From: an uncultured Gammaproteobacteria bacterium
GTDB lineage: Bacteria; Pseudomonadota; Gammaproteobacteria; Steroidobacterales; JABDMI01
DNA length: 39,516 nt
Direction of reading: 5' to 3'
NCBI GenBank assembly: GCA_938039225.1
Contig: CALHVH010000003.1
Location: 1 to 39,516 of the forward strand
Position numbers and translations under genes: made by a program. The notes beneath the pieces were generated by a model. That model saw only the letters and a program-made list of their open reading frames with translations, did not search any database and was not told the origin of the DNA. Numbering within the stretch: position 1 is the stretch's first letter; every line of letters starts with the position of its first letter. Shown here piece by piece: positions 28,050 through 36,903 of the stretch.

Positions 28050-28988
28050 ATGAAAATTTATCGAGCATTATTGATAATTGCAGTTTGTATTTTAGTAGTT
28101 TCTTGTACAAACAATACGAATCTTAGTTCAAAGAAACAAGTGACGCACAAAACAATTAACACAGAGATCTCAAAACATGACGCTCAAGAGTTTACTGTAC
28201 TCAGTGAAATTATTTTAGATGCCGATGGTAAGGATGCTGGATTATCGGCTTATGACTTGATTCGAAGATTTGGTGGTAAAAGACCCATTGAATCACCAGA
28301 CTTGTATCCAGGGAATCATACTGAAGTTAAACATATTCTGGAAGACTCAGATAATATTGTAGGAAACCATTTTGTATTTCTATCTCATCGGGATAAGGAT
28401 CGCGATAGAAATAGATTTGATATCACAGATCGTCAGAGAAATGAAATTAAGGCCTATGATCGTTCTATAGATGAATTAAAGGGTTTTGAGAATGAAACAA
28501 TGGTTTATAAATGGAAATTCAAAATCAATCAAGATATGCAGATTTCAAAACGCTTCTCGCATTTTTTTCAGTTGAAGGCTAAAGGTGGTAACGATAAAAA
28601 GCCTATGATTACGATTTCCGGAGCCAAACGACGAGGTGTAGATGTTATTGAAGTGCGGCATAATCCAGATAATAATAAAGGCACCATTCTTGATAGCTCG
28701 AGTTGGCAAGATGTACAAGGTGAGTGGCTTAGTGTTTATTGTCGTGTGACATACGCTGATTCGGGATCAATTCGTCTGATTGCACAACGTATGAGTGACG
28801 ATAAAATAATTTTAGATGTAGAAGGATCTAATCTTGATTTATGGAGAGGTGCTAGCAATAGGCATTTTGTAAGGCCAAAATGGGGCATCTATCGTTCAAT
28901 CGTGGAAACTAAGGATCTTCGCGCTGAAGAAGAAATTGTTCGTTTTGCCAATTTTAGAGTAAGTAAAGTTAGTCCTCAGAAAAACTAA
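28050..28988 (+). CDS. Lipoprotein, possibly polysaccharide-lyase-like beta-jelly-roll
   Basis: Lipobox LVVSC. RQRNEIKAY, YKWKFKI, HFFQLKAKGG...PMITISG and FVRPKWGIYRS are reminiscent of the Polysacc_lyase/concanavalin-like family pattern (R.E..., ...K.GiYr). This is recognition by eye only. Confidence 0.35.
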   Translation: MKIYRALLIIAVCILVVSCTNNTNLSSKKQVTHKTINTEISKHDAQEFTVLSEIILDADGKDAGLSAYDLIRRFGGKRPIESPDLYPGNHTEVKHILEDSDNIVGNHFVFLSHRDKDRDRNRFDITDRQRNEIKAYDRSIDELKGFENETMVYKWKFKINQDMQISKRFSHFFQLKAKGGNDKKPMITISGAKRRGVDVIEVRHNPDNNKGTILDSSSWQDVQGEWLSVYCRVTYADSGSIRLIAQRMSDDKIILDVEGSNLDLWRGASNRHFVRPKWGIYRSIVETKDLRAEEEIVRFANFRVSKVSPQKN

Positions 28989-29177
28989 ATGGCTGCGTGT
29001 AAGCCGCGAGAAATGTAAGCCTTTGCGTTGGCACAAGTCCTAATAAATAGCAATTTAATACTTGAAAACATTGTATATGTTTATCTAAAAAAGGTTTACA
29101 CTTATAGACATGAATAACGTGACGTCAATTACATAGACTTTACGTTGACTACAATCATTAACTAAAGAGGTGAAATT

Positions 29178-29429
29178 ATGGGCTTAACTGGTTTAATAAT
29201 GTTCCTAGTAATTGGAGCGGCAGCAGGTTGGCTAGCTGGGAATCTAATGAAGGGTGGTGGTTTTGGTGTAGTTAACAATATCATTATCGGTGTTGTTGGT
29301 TCAGTTGTAGGAGGCTTTCTATTCGGTCTTATAGGGTTTAAAGCGGTAGGTTTAATCGGTTCAATTATTTCTGCAACCGTTGGTGCGTCAGTGCTGTTGT
29401 TTGTTATTGCAAAACTAAACGATAATTAG
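29178..29429 (+). CDS. GlsB/YeaQ/YmgE family stress-response membrane protein
   Basis: 83 aa. IGAAAGWLAGNLMKGGGFGVVNNIIIGVVGSVVGGFLFG is the typical Gly-rich transglycosylase-associated-protein family signature. Good RBS (aaagagg). Confidence 0.85.
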   Translation: MGLTGLIMFLVIGAAAGWLAGNLMKGGGFGVVNNIIIGVVGSVVGGFLFGLIGFKAVGLIGSIISATVGASVLLFVIAKLNDN

Positions 29430-29474
29430 TCAGTATCAAATTTAAACCTACTGAAGTTTGAATGAGAGGTATAG

Positions 29475-29783
29475 ATGTTAGACATAAGACCAAATTGTGA
29501 ATGTTGTGATAAAGATTTAGCATATAACTCTACAGAAGCCATGATTTGCACTTACGAATGTACTTTTTGTAAAACCTGCGTAGATGACATTCTCAATAAC
29601 GTATGCCCAAATTGTGGTGGAGGCTTTTGTCCACGACCTATTCGGCCAAAAACCGCCAGACGTAAAGGTTTAAGTATTTCACATCAATTGCCCTCGCAAA
29701 AAAGGATAGTAACTAAATACAGTATTCAAGAAATTAAGGAATTTTCCAAACTAAGCTGTGATATTGAAGCAAAAGACAGATGA
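29475..29783 (+). CDS. DUF1272 zinc-ribbon protein
   Basis: MLDIRPNCECCDKDL...CTYECTFCKTCVDDILNNVCPNCGGGF matches the DUF1272 Cys pattern. It carries a ~35-aa basic C-terminal extension. Confidence 0.75.
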   Translation: MLDIRPNCECCDKDLAYNSTEAMICTYECTFCKTCVDDILNNVCPNCGGGFCPRPIRPKTARRKGLSISHQLPSQKRIVTKYSIQEIKEFSKLSCDIEAKDR

Positions 29784-29998
29784 ATGAAGAGCTAAGAGAC
29801 AAAATAATTCAAGTTTGCGATAAAAAAATAGCAGCAAAAGGTGAAACGGTCGGTTTATCTTTTTATGCTTTTTTTGCTAACAAAAATAATAATCCTATTT
29901 TGCTAATGGAAGCTGCAACGTGGTGGATTCAAACCCATAAACTAGACCACTTCGAAAAAGCCAGCAAAATTAAGGGTATGGTAGAGCAAGGGCTTTAA
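29780..29998 (+). CDS. Hypothetical small protein (72 aa)
   Basis: The start overlaps the DUF1272 stop (ATGA at 29780-29783), suggesting translational coupling. No recognised motif. Confidence 0.4.
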   Translation: MNEELRDKIIQVCDKKIAAKGETVGLSFYAFFANKNNNPILLMEAATWWIQTHKLDHFEKASKIKGMVEQGL

Positions 29999-30006
29999 AG
30001 GCGTAA

Positions 30007-30222
30007 ATGAACAAAGCAAACTACAAAAAACTGCTTAATAGTAAATGGACAGCGGTTAATCCCAACAATAAAGAAAAACATTTTTTAATAGTAAAAGTGC
30101 AGAAAGACGAAGATGAAAACGTAATTGAATGTATCATTGAAGCGGTCATGACAAAAAACTCCTATTCAATTTGTTGGCGTGATTTAAATAACTCGGAACA
30201 ATGGCTTAGCGGCTGGAATTAG
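30007..30222 (+). CDS. TIGR02450-family tryptophan-rich small protein
   Basis: 71 aa. SKWTAVNPNNKEKHFLIV...W matches the pattern I recall for the Trp-rich TIGR02450 family. Confidence 0.65.
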   Translation: MNKANYKKLLNSKWTAVNPNNKEKHFLIVKVQKDEDENVIECIIEAVMTKNSYSICWRDLNNSEQWLSGWN

Positions 30223-30239
30223 ACTGGAAACTTATCATT

Positions 30240-31523
30240 ATGCATTCAATAAAACTCCTATTAGCTACTGGACTCTTTCTCTTAAGTTTGTCGACTTTTG
30301 CTGCTGAGCAACTTTATACTCATCAGCCAACAGTAACTCCTGAACTTGCCTTTGATGGTGACTATACGGTTGGAGTTACTACGCTTAAAGCGGTAAACCC
30401 TAAACAACTCAACACTACAAATTTCACAAGCTTTGAAGACAGAGAACTGACACTTGAGGTGTGGTATCCCGCTGAAGTATCAAAACAATCTGAAATAGCT
30501 ACGTATAAAGATGTTACTCGCACCAATAAAGAATTTGAATTATTAGGAGGGGCTTATAGAGATGCGAGTCCTGTTAAAACCAAAAAAGAATTCCCCTTAA
30601 TCATTTTTTCACATGGATATACCGGTTATCGAAGTATCATGTTTTATTTGGGTGAGCATTTAGCCAGTCACGGTTATGTAGTGGCCAGTATTGATCATAA
30701 GGATTCTACCAATGCGGATGTTATTGCTAGTGGATCGCCTTTTTCAGGTTTTCCTAGTACTTTATTAAATCGTGCTCGAGATCAACAGTTTGTACTGGAT
30801 TACTTTAGTCAATTAGAAACTCCTTTGGGCCACACGGTTAATACGGATTTAGCAGTGGCTTCAGGTCATTCCATGGGGGGTTATGGAACCATTAATACCG
30901 TGGGAGGTTGTTTTAGTTTTAGCGATGCGGCCATGAAACAATTTGGAATACCCGAACAAGCCATTGCATTATTATTACCTTTGTTTAATACCTGTAATGC
31001 GGCTCAAGAAAAAGCGGACCCACGTTGGAAAGGTATGATGGCATTTGCTCCTTGGGGTGGCGAGGCCAATGTGCATGATTTGAATTCTTTAAAAAATATA
31101 AAAATTCCTGCTCTGTATGTTGCCGGCGATGAGGATGATGTATCCGGTTATGAAAATGGTGTAAAAAAACTATTTGAGAATACGGGCACTACTAGTAAAG
31201 AAAAGACTACCTATATGTTGGTGTTTGAAAATGCACGACATAATATTGTTACCCATCCAACACCAGCAATAGCTTACGCAGATGATTTTGATATTGGTCA
31301 TTATTATGAACCAAGCTGGGATATTGAAACTATAAATCGAGTGAATGAGCATATGGTCTTAGCTTTTTTAAATTGTCATGTAAAAGAATCAAAAGAAGCT
31401 TGTGATTTTTTACCAGAACGCGTAGATGCTACACAAACTAAACAAGAAGATGGTTCACTATCGGATGTATGGCCGGGGTTTAAGGATAGGTGGGGAACTG
31501 GTTTAAAATTTTATAGAAAGTAG
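30240..31523 (+). CDS. Secreted alpha/beta hydrolase (PAF-acetylhydrolase / dienelactone-hydrolase-like)
   Basis: Signal peptide (LLLATGLFLLSLSTFAAEQ). FPLIIFSHGYTG oxyanion region, nucleophile elbow GHSMGG, and a late Asp/His (AGDEDD, ARHNI). Confidence 0.7.
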   Translation: MHSIKLLLATGLFLLSLSTFAAEQLYTHQPTVTPELAFDGDYTVGVTTLKAVNPKQLNTTNFTSFEDRELTLEVWYPAEVSKQSEIATYKDVTRTNKEFELLGGAYRDASPVKTKKEFPLIIFSHGYTGYRSIMFYLGEHLASHGYVVASIDHKDSTNADVIASGSPFSGFPSTLLNRARDQQFVLDYFSQLETPLGHTVNTDLAVASGHSMGGYGTINTVGGCFSFSDAAMKQFGIPEQAIALLLPLFNTCNAAQEKADPRWKGMMAFAPWGGEANVHDLNSLKNIKIPALYVAGDEDDVSGYENGVKKLFENTGTTSKEKTTYMLVFENARHNIVTHPTPAIAYADDFDIGHYYEPSWDIETINRVNEHMVLAFLNCHVKESKEACDFLPERVDATQTKQEDGSLSDVWPGFKDRWGTGLKFYRK

Positions 31524-31532
31524 ACTGTGTAA

Positions 31533-32546
31533 ATGAATATTAAGAAAGTAAAAGAGTGGCACGATGTCACGCCACGGATTTTACAAGAGGAAATCATTCC
31601 TCTTTATCAACCTGCGATTATCAAAAATGCGGCTGCACATTGGCCTATATTAGAATTTGCCGAACGTTCAAAGCAATCTTTATACAATTATTTAAAACCT
31701 AAATGTCTTAACCAAGAGCCTATTAATAGTTATAACGCTATAGAAAGTGCGAATAAACGTTATTTTTATTCAGAAGATATGAATGGGTTTAATTTTGAAA
31801 GACAACAAGAGTATTTGGCTGATTTTCTTGAACGTTTACTTGCGATTAATAATCCTGATGAGCAAGCCACCTATGCTGGTGCGGTTGATATCCGTCGACA
31901 TATACCGCTATTTGAAAAATCGAATACTTTTCCGCTACTAGATGGTCAAAATTTCCAGCCAAGAGTCTGGATTGGTAATTCAGCTACAGTTTCTACTCAC
32001 TTTGATATTCAAGACAATATTGCTTGTGTAGTTAGTGGTGAGCGTCAGTTTACTTTTTTTCCTCCTGAGCAAATTCAAAATTTATATATTGGTCCTTTGG
32101 ATTTCACAATCTCAGGTGTGCCAGCTAGTATGGTTAATATAGATTCGCCAGATTTTGAAAAGCATCCAAAATATAAAGAAGCTCTTAAATCATCACAAGT
32201 AGCTGTATTAGAACCTGGCGATGCAGTTTATGTGCCTAGCTTGTGGTGGCATAATGTGCGTTCGCAAGGTGAATTCTGCATGCTAGTAAATTATTGGTGG
32301 GATAATCCTACCTATAAAATTGATAGCGCGATGAATACGCTTTTGCATGGCTTGTACACTATAGGACATTTACCACCTAAAGAGCGTCTGGCATGGCGTG
32401 AACTCTTTGATTATTTTGTTTTTAAAACTGAAGGTGAGCCCTTACAGCACCTTTCGGAGGGGCGAAGAGGTGTGGCTGGTAACATGTCGGAAAATCTATA
32501 CAAAAGAATTAAGCATTATGTGCTCAATAAAATGATACCGAGATAA
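31533..32546 (+). CDS. Cupin-like JmjC-domain Fe(II)/2-oxoglutarate oxygenase family protein
   Basis: VWIGNSATVSTHFDIQDN (HxD), GDAVYVPSLWWHNV (distal His). 337 aa, cupin_8/FIH-like architecture. Confidence 0.7.
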   Translation: MNIKKVKEWHDVTPRILQEEIIPLYQPAIIKNAAAHWPILEFAERSKQSLYNYLKPKCLNQEPINSYNAIESANKRYFYSEDMNGFNFERQQEYLADFLERLLAINNPDEQATYAGAVDIRRHIPLFEKSNTFPLLDGQNFQPRVWIGNSATVSTHFDIQDNIACVVSGERQFTFFPPEQIQNLYIGPLDFTISGVPASMVNIDSPDFEKHPKYKEALKSSQVAVLEPGDAVYVPSLWWHNVRSQGEFCMLVNYWWDNPTYKIDSAMNTLLHGLYTIGHLPPKERLAWRELFDYFVFKTEGEPLQHLSEGRRGVAGNMSENLYKRIKHYVLNKMIPR

Positions 32547-33365
32547 CTAGGTATTTTCAGATTGAAAAAAATTTGTTGTAAATGAATTACTGGGGTAAAA
32601 CGTTTCGATACGTAGTTCATTTGCAGTTATATCTTGTGCTGTACCAAAGGTAGATATTACTGAAAAAAAACTGAGCTTAATATCGTTTATATTAATTTCA
32701 ATGGGCAATACAGGGATTAGATTGTGTAGCGTATTTGATTCATTAAAATCACCCACATATTCAATTAAGCTTTCATAGTGAGCCATCACTTCAACATCTC
32801 CAGAATCGATTGCTTCACGTTTTAATCTTTGCATAAACGGCCCTATAATCGTTTCCCAATTTGCTATTGCATTACGTATACCTTGAGGATGCACGGTTAG
32901 CAGAGCAATATTTTCATCTCCACTGTCACCTATAGCCCGCCATATTTCTTCAGGGTTCCCTAGCATTTCAAACAAAGCATTAGCTGCAGCATTTTTCATT
33001 TTTATATTCCACAGACGATCTAAAACGAAAGCTGGGTAAGGATTGTGATGTTGTAAAATATTTTCTAGAACCGAAGTAAAGGCTTGCATTGAATGTTCTT
33101 CAAGGCCTTTTTCAGCAAACACATTGGCATAGCCGGCAGCATTTAAAATGTTGTTTCGCTCACGTAGTGGTACATCCAAAGCCTCGGATAATTTTAAAAC
33201 CATTTCTCTACTAGGTAAGCTTTTTCCAGTTTCTAACCAACTGATATGCCTTTGTGAGATATTAGCTTCAAGAGCTAAATCTAACTGAGAGAATTTACGA
33301 GCTTTACGCCACATTTTCAGGGTCTGGGTAAATTGCTTAGTAGAGCTTTGTGTTGCTATAGGCAT
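32547..33365 (-). CDS. MmyB-like XRE-family helix-turn-helix transcriptional regulator
   Basis: N-terminal HTH LKMWRKARKFSQLDLALEANISQRHISWLETGKSLPSREMVLKLSEALDVPLRERNNILNAAGY, followed by a ~190-aa ligand-binding-type domain. This is the architecture of MmyB-family regulators. Confidence 0.75.
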   Translation of the reverse strand: MPIATQSSTKQFTQTLKMWRKARKFSQLDLALEANISQRHISWLETGKSLPSREMVLKLSEALDVPLRERNNILNAAGYANVFAEKGLEEHSMQAFTSVLENILQHHNPYPAFVLDRLWNIKMKNAAANALFEMLGNPEEIWRAIGDSGDENIALLTVHPQGIRNAIANWETIIGPFMQRLKREAIDSGDVEVMAHYESLIEYVGDFNESNTLHNLIPVLPIEININDIKLSFFSVISTFGTAQDITANELRIETFYPSNSFTTNFFQSENT

Positions 33366-33490
33366 GTTCTTATCTCACTGTAAATAGCTATTAGACAATA
33401 GTAGGCAGTAATTTCAATAACCTCTTAGGTCATTGAATTCATAATCAGTATGCAGGAATATAGAGACAAAATTCAAGTAAGGAGAAAAAT

Positions 33491-33790
33491 ATGACTCGTA
33501 GAACGCTCGCAATACTCATTCTTATTCCATTCACAATCTTAAGCCTTTATGCCGTGGTTAAAGTGGGTTACCTAGGTATTTTTGATTATCATCGGCATAG
33601 CCCTGCTGGTTGGCAAGTGTTTACTGATCTAGTTATTGCATGCATTTTGTTATTGGCCTTAATTATTCCGGAAGCAAAACGTCGTGGTATTAATCCTTGG
33701 CCATTTGTTCTTTTGACTTTAGTGCTTGGGTCTTTTGGACCTCTGGCATATTTTGTGTATGCAGGTAGTGATAGTACTTCCAAGACTTAA
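33491..33790 (+). CDS. Small integral membrane protein (DUF2834-like)
   Basis: 99 aa with three hydrophobic segments. The ...EAKRRGINPWPFVLLTLVLGSFGPLAYFVY pattern resembles DUF2834. Strong RBS (aaggag). Divergent from the MmyB-like regulator. Confidence 0.45.
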   Translation: MTRRTLAILILIPFTILSLYAVVKVGYLGIFDYHRHSPAGWQVFTDLVIACILLLALIIPEAKRRGINPWPFVLLTLVLGSFGPLAYFVYAGSDSTSKT

Positions 33791-33838
33791 AGCAAACAGG
33801 TAAACTCTACCCAAACTATAATTTGTAAGGGTTTATTC

Positions 33839-34486
33839 GTGAATGATCAGCAGTTTTGGCAGTTAATTCAGTCGGTGCATCTTGAAGCCTTAGGTGACAT
33901 GGATAATAAATGTGTTTTGCTTAGAGAAAAAATTGCTGATTTATCTGCACCTGATGCGCTTAAATTTCAAGAACTGTTTGATAAAAAAATGGATATGGCT
34001 TATGCCTGGGAACTTTGGGGTGCAGCTTATGTAATTGGCGGTGGGTGTAGTGATGATGCGTTTAATGATTTTCGTGCGTCTTTAATTTCCAGAGGCGAAG
34101 CCTCATTTAAAGCGGCCTTGGTGAACCCAGATTCTTTAGCAGATCAAATATTATCTGAAGAAGACCTTTTTTACGAGGGGTACCAGTATGCAGTATCAGA
34201 AGGAGTAGAAGCGGCTGCAGGCACAAGTCCTGATCGATACTCAGCACATCCTGCTGAACCTTCAGGCGAAGAATGGAGTGAAGACGATGCCAGTTTGCAA
34301 GCATTGTATCCAAAGTTATCGGCCAAAGCAGAAGGACAATATGATTCTGAATCTATGTCATACAAATCTGAAACAAATCAACTAAATGATCAGAATATAA
34401 AATCTTGGTCTCTGATAAAAATACTGCGTTTGGGTTTAGTTATAGTATTGTTGGTTCTTATACTTCGAAAATTTGTTGAATTTTAA
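33839..34486 (+). CDS. DUF4240 domain protein with C-terminal membrane anchor
   Basis: MNDQQFWQLIQ...AYAWELWGAAYVIGGGCSDDAFNDFRASLISRGEASFKAALVNPDSLAD matches DUF4240. GTG start. C-terminal hydrophobic LGLVIVLLVLILRKF. Confidence 0.75.
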   Translation: MNDQQFWQLIQSVHLEALGDMDNKCVLLREKIADLSAPDALKFQELFDKKMDMAYAWELWGAAYVIGGGCSDDAFNDFRASLISRGEASFKAALVNPDSLADQILSEEDLFYEGYQYAVSEGVEAAAGTSPDRYSAHPAEPSGEEWSEDDASLQALYPKLSAKAEGQYDSESMSYKSETNQLNDQNIKSWSLIKILRLGLVIVLLVLILRKFVEF

Positions 34487-34493
34487 ACAGAAC

Positions 34494-35084
34494 CTATTTA
34501 CGCAGCAATTCTTGAACAAGCGTTTGTAAACTTGGAACTACGATTTTTTCAAACCATTGATTTTTCTTTAACCAAATATTATTGCGTGGACTAGGGTGTG
34601 GTATCGGAAGTAACTTTGGCCAGTATTCCTCCCATGCTCTAACGGTTTCAGTAAGATTGCTTTTCTTATTAGTTGGCATATGCCACTTTAGGGCATACAT
34701 TCCAATTACAATGATTAATTCTATTTGAGGCATGGTATCTAGAATTTGTTGCCGCCACTCTTTTGCACATTCCGGTCGAGGAGGCAAGTCCCCTGATTTA
34801 CCTGTGCCAGGATAGCAAAAGCCCATCGGTAAAATGGCAATCTGGTTTGGGTTGTAAAATATTTCATCATTGATTCCCATCCATTCACGTAAACGTTTAC
34901 CGCTTGGATCGTCAAAGGGAATTCCAGAACGGTGCACTCGAATACCAGGTGCTTGACCAGCAATAAGAATCTTTGCTTTTGTACTTACTTGCAATACCGG
35001 TCTAGCACCCATGGGTAATGAATCTATACAGAGAGTGCATTTAGTAATTTTTTTAGCTAACTTATTTAGAGTGATTGCTGTCAT
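34494..35084 (-). CDS. Uracil-DNA glycosylase superfamily protein
   Basis: 196 aa. ILIAGQAPGIRVHRSGIPFDDPSGKRLREWMG (G-x-A-P-G motif A) and the later PHPSPRN (motif B-like) are typical of the UDG family 4/5-type fold. Confidence 0.7.
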   Translation of the reverse strand: MTAITLNKLAKKITKCTLCIDSLPMGARPVLQVSTKAKILIAGQAPGIRVHRSGIPFDDPSGKRLREWMGINDEIFYNPNQIAILPMGFCYPGTGKSGDLPPRPECAKEWRQQILDTMPQIELIIVIGMYALKWHMPTNKKSNLTETVRAWEEYWPKLLPIPHPSPRNNIWLKKNQWFEKIVVPSLQTLVQELLRK

Positions 35085-35198
35085 ATGAAATCATTTTATG
35101 CCTGTAAATTCATAGTATGTTTATTAATGATGTCCGCAGTAACCTTGGTTTCTTGTTCTATTGATAATTTCGTTCAATTAAGTTTATTCTTTGCATTA

Positions 35199-35405
35199 TC
35201 AAAGATATTCACTTTTTTCGCTGATAAAGATATCTTCAATTATTAGCTCGAAGAACTCAGCAATTTTAAAAGCTAAAGGTAAACTAGGGTAGTACTTACC
35301 AGACTCTATAGAGTTTATGGTTTGTCTAGATACTCCAAGCGCTTTAGCTAATTCGGCTTGGGAAATACAATGTTTTAATCTTAAATCACTTAAGATATTT
35401 TTCAT
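35199..35405 (-). CDS. Short XRE-family helix-turn-helix transcriptional regulator
   Basis: 68 aa. LRLKHCISQAELAKALGVSRQTINSIESGKYYPSLPLAFKIAEFFELIIEDIF is a canonical Cro/C1-type HTH. Confidence 0.85.
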   Translation of the reverse strand: MKNILSDLRLKHCISQAELAKALGVSRQTINSIESGKYYPSLPLAFKIAEFFELIIEDIFISEKSEYL

Positions 35406-35414
35406 CTTAATTTT

Positions 35415-35852
35415 TTAATTATATTGTCTTGAAATAATCTTTGATGATATACCCCATGTTGCAATCATAAATGGAAAAATCCAAACATAAGGTATGTGGG
35501 GGTAACCAATGTTTTCGAGAAAACCATAGGTAAATGTTGCTAAACCAACAATCATAAAACTAATGGATAAACTGAGTATTTGTATTTTTAATTGTAGTTC
35601 ATCAAGTTTTTGTAAAGCTCTGATTACAGCTAATGCACACAAAATCGCAGGAATAACCGGTAATAGTGTAACTAGTACTTTAATGGATGAATCTGGATTT
35701 GATTTAAGATAATAAACACTAAAGAAAATAGCAATTAGGTACAACAGCATACTGAAACCAAATTCTTTATAATATTCTTTTGTATTAAGCATAAGCAAAG
35801 TCTCGTGATTTAACTTGCTAGCAATAGTATGTAGCAACATGTCTGGTGTCAA
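35415..35852 (-). CDS. Hypothetical 4-TM membrane protein, cotranscribed upstream of the XRE regulator
   Basis: 145 aa with four hydrophobic segments. A 9-nt gap separates it from the HTH gene. The membrane-protein plus short-XRE pair is a recurrent two-gene arrangement. Confidence 0.5.
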   Translation of the reverse strand: MTPDMLLHTIASKLNHETLLMLNTKEYYKEFGFSMLLYLIAIFFSVYYLKSNPDSSIKVLVTLLPVIPAILCALAVIRALQKLDELQLKIQILSLSISFMIVGLATFTYGFLENIGYPHIPYVWIFPFMIATWGISSKIISRQYN

Positions 35853-35895
35853 GCTTGCTTGACATTCAATTATAGAGAAATTACTGAATGAGCAT

Positions 35896-35927
35896 AAAAA
35901 AAGCAGCTCATAGAGCTGCCTTGTTTT
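35896..35927 (-). terminator. Rho-independent terminator after the methyltransferase gene
   Basis: Minus strand reads ...aaggCAGCTCtatGAGCTGcttttttt. A 7-bp stem (35903-35909 / 35913-35919), 3-nt loop and T-run, about 25 nt downstream of the stop at 35947. Confidence 0.75.
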
Positions 35928-35946
35928 ATAGCTTTGTTATAAATAT

Positions 35947-36798
35947 TTATGGCTTAACAAATTTCAAAGTCATTCTATCACTCTCACCAATAGCTACATA
36001 TTTGTCCTTATCAACTTCCTTTAATCTTAAACTTGGAGGCAATGTCCATACACCTTTTTCGTAATTCTTGGTATCTTTAGGGTTTGCATTTATATCTGAA
36101 CGACCAGCCAATTTGAAGCCGACCTTTTCTGCTAAATCAATTACATATTGTTCAGAAACATATCCAGTTTTGGCTTGTTCTACAACATCCATTGTTTCAT
36201 TGGCTCGATGTTCTACCACACCAAATACACCGCCTGGTTTTAAAGCTCTAAAAGCTGCAGCAAATACTGCGCTATCTTGCTCATTAATGGTCCAGTTATG
36301 TACATTTCTAAAGGTTAAAACAAAATCAACCGTATTGCTTGGAGCGATGAGTGTTTGATTTGGAGGATTAAGTACTGTAACTGTTGGCTTGCCATAAACG
36401 TTTGGCGCATCAGCAAATTTACTGAGTAAGGCTTTATGGCCTTTGGTTCGATATTCAGAGCCAGTATCCAGACCAAATCCAGCGGCGTAGTAGTTTCCCT
36501 TATCTTTTAAATAAGGAACAAGGATTTCGCTGTACCAGCCACCACCAGGCCAAAGTTCAACAACTGATGATTCAGGTTTTACTCCAAAAAATTCTAATGT
36601 CTCAGCTGGGTGTCTGTATTGATCACGAGCTTTGTTCTTGGCACTTCGGTGTTCACCATCAATGGCCATTTTTAGGGCTTCAGTTAAGGTAATGATTTTT
36701 GGAGCACTTTCAATGTATTCAGTTTTTGGTGCTTCTTTTTTGCCACACGCAGTGACTAGTAAAGCAGCAATTAAAGCAAATAAAAGGCGATTTTGCAT
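35947..36798 (-). CDS. Class I SAM-dependent methyltransferase-like lipoprotein
   Basis: Lipobox LLVTAC. VVELWPGGGWYSEIL (motif I-like Gly-rich loop) and ALKPGGVFGVVEH (motif post-II/III). Confidence 0.6.
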   Translation of the reverse strand: MQNRLLFALIAALLVTACGKKEAPKTEYIESAPKIITLTEALKMAIDGEHRSAKNKARDQYRHPAETLEFFGVKPESSVVELWPGGGWYSEILVPYLKDKGNYYAAGFGLDTGSEYRTKGHKALLSKFADAPNVYGKPTVTVLNPPNQTLIAPSNTVDFVLTFRNVHNWTINEQDSAVFAAAFRALKPGGVFGVVEHRANETMDVVEQAKTGYVSEQYVIDLAEKVGFKLAGRSDINANPKDTKNYEKGVWTLPPSLRLKEVDKDKYVAIGESDRMTLKFVKP

Positions 36799-36903
36799 GT
36801 TGAACTCTCCATTAGAATAATTATTGAGGTTTATTGTATAAAATTAAGTGTAAATTATACGTATTTTACCTATAGTTGTATCTTTTGAACAAGGTAAATA
36901 CTT

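Noticed and set aside
29117-29149. Perfect 8-bp palindrome TGACGTCA, plus a nearby ACGTTGAC, upstream of the yeaQ-like gene; also a direct repeat TGTAAGCC x2 at about 29000-29035
   Set aside because: These are short motifs expected by chance in a 189-bp AT-rich spacer. There is no extended structure suggesting a riboswitch or sRNA, and I cannot assign a regulator.
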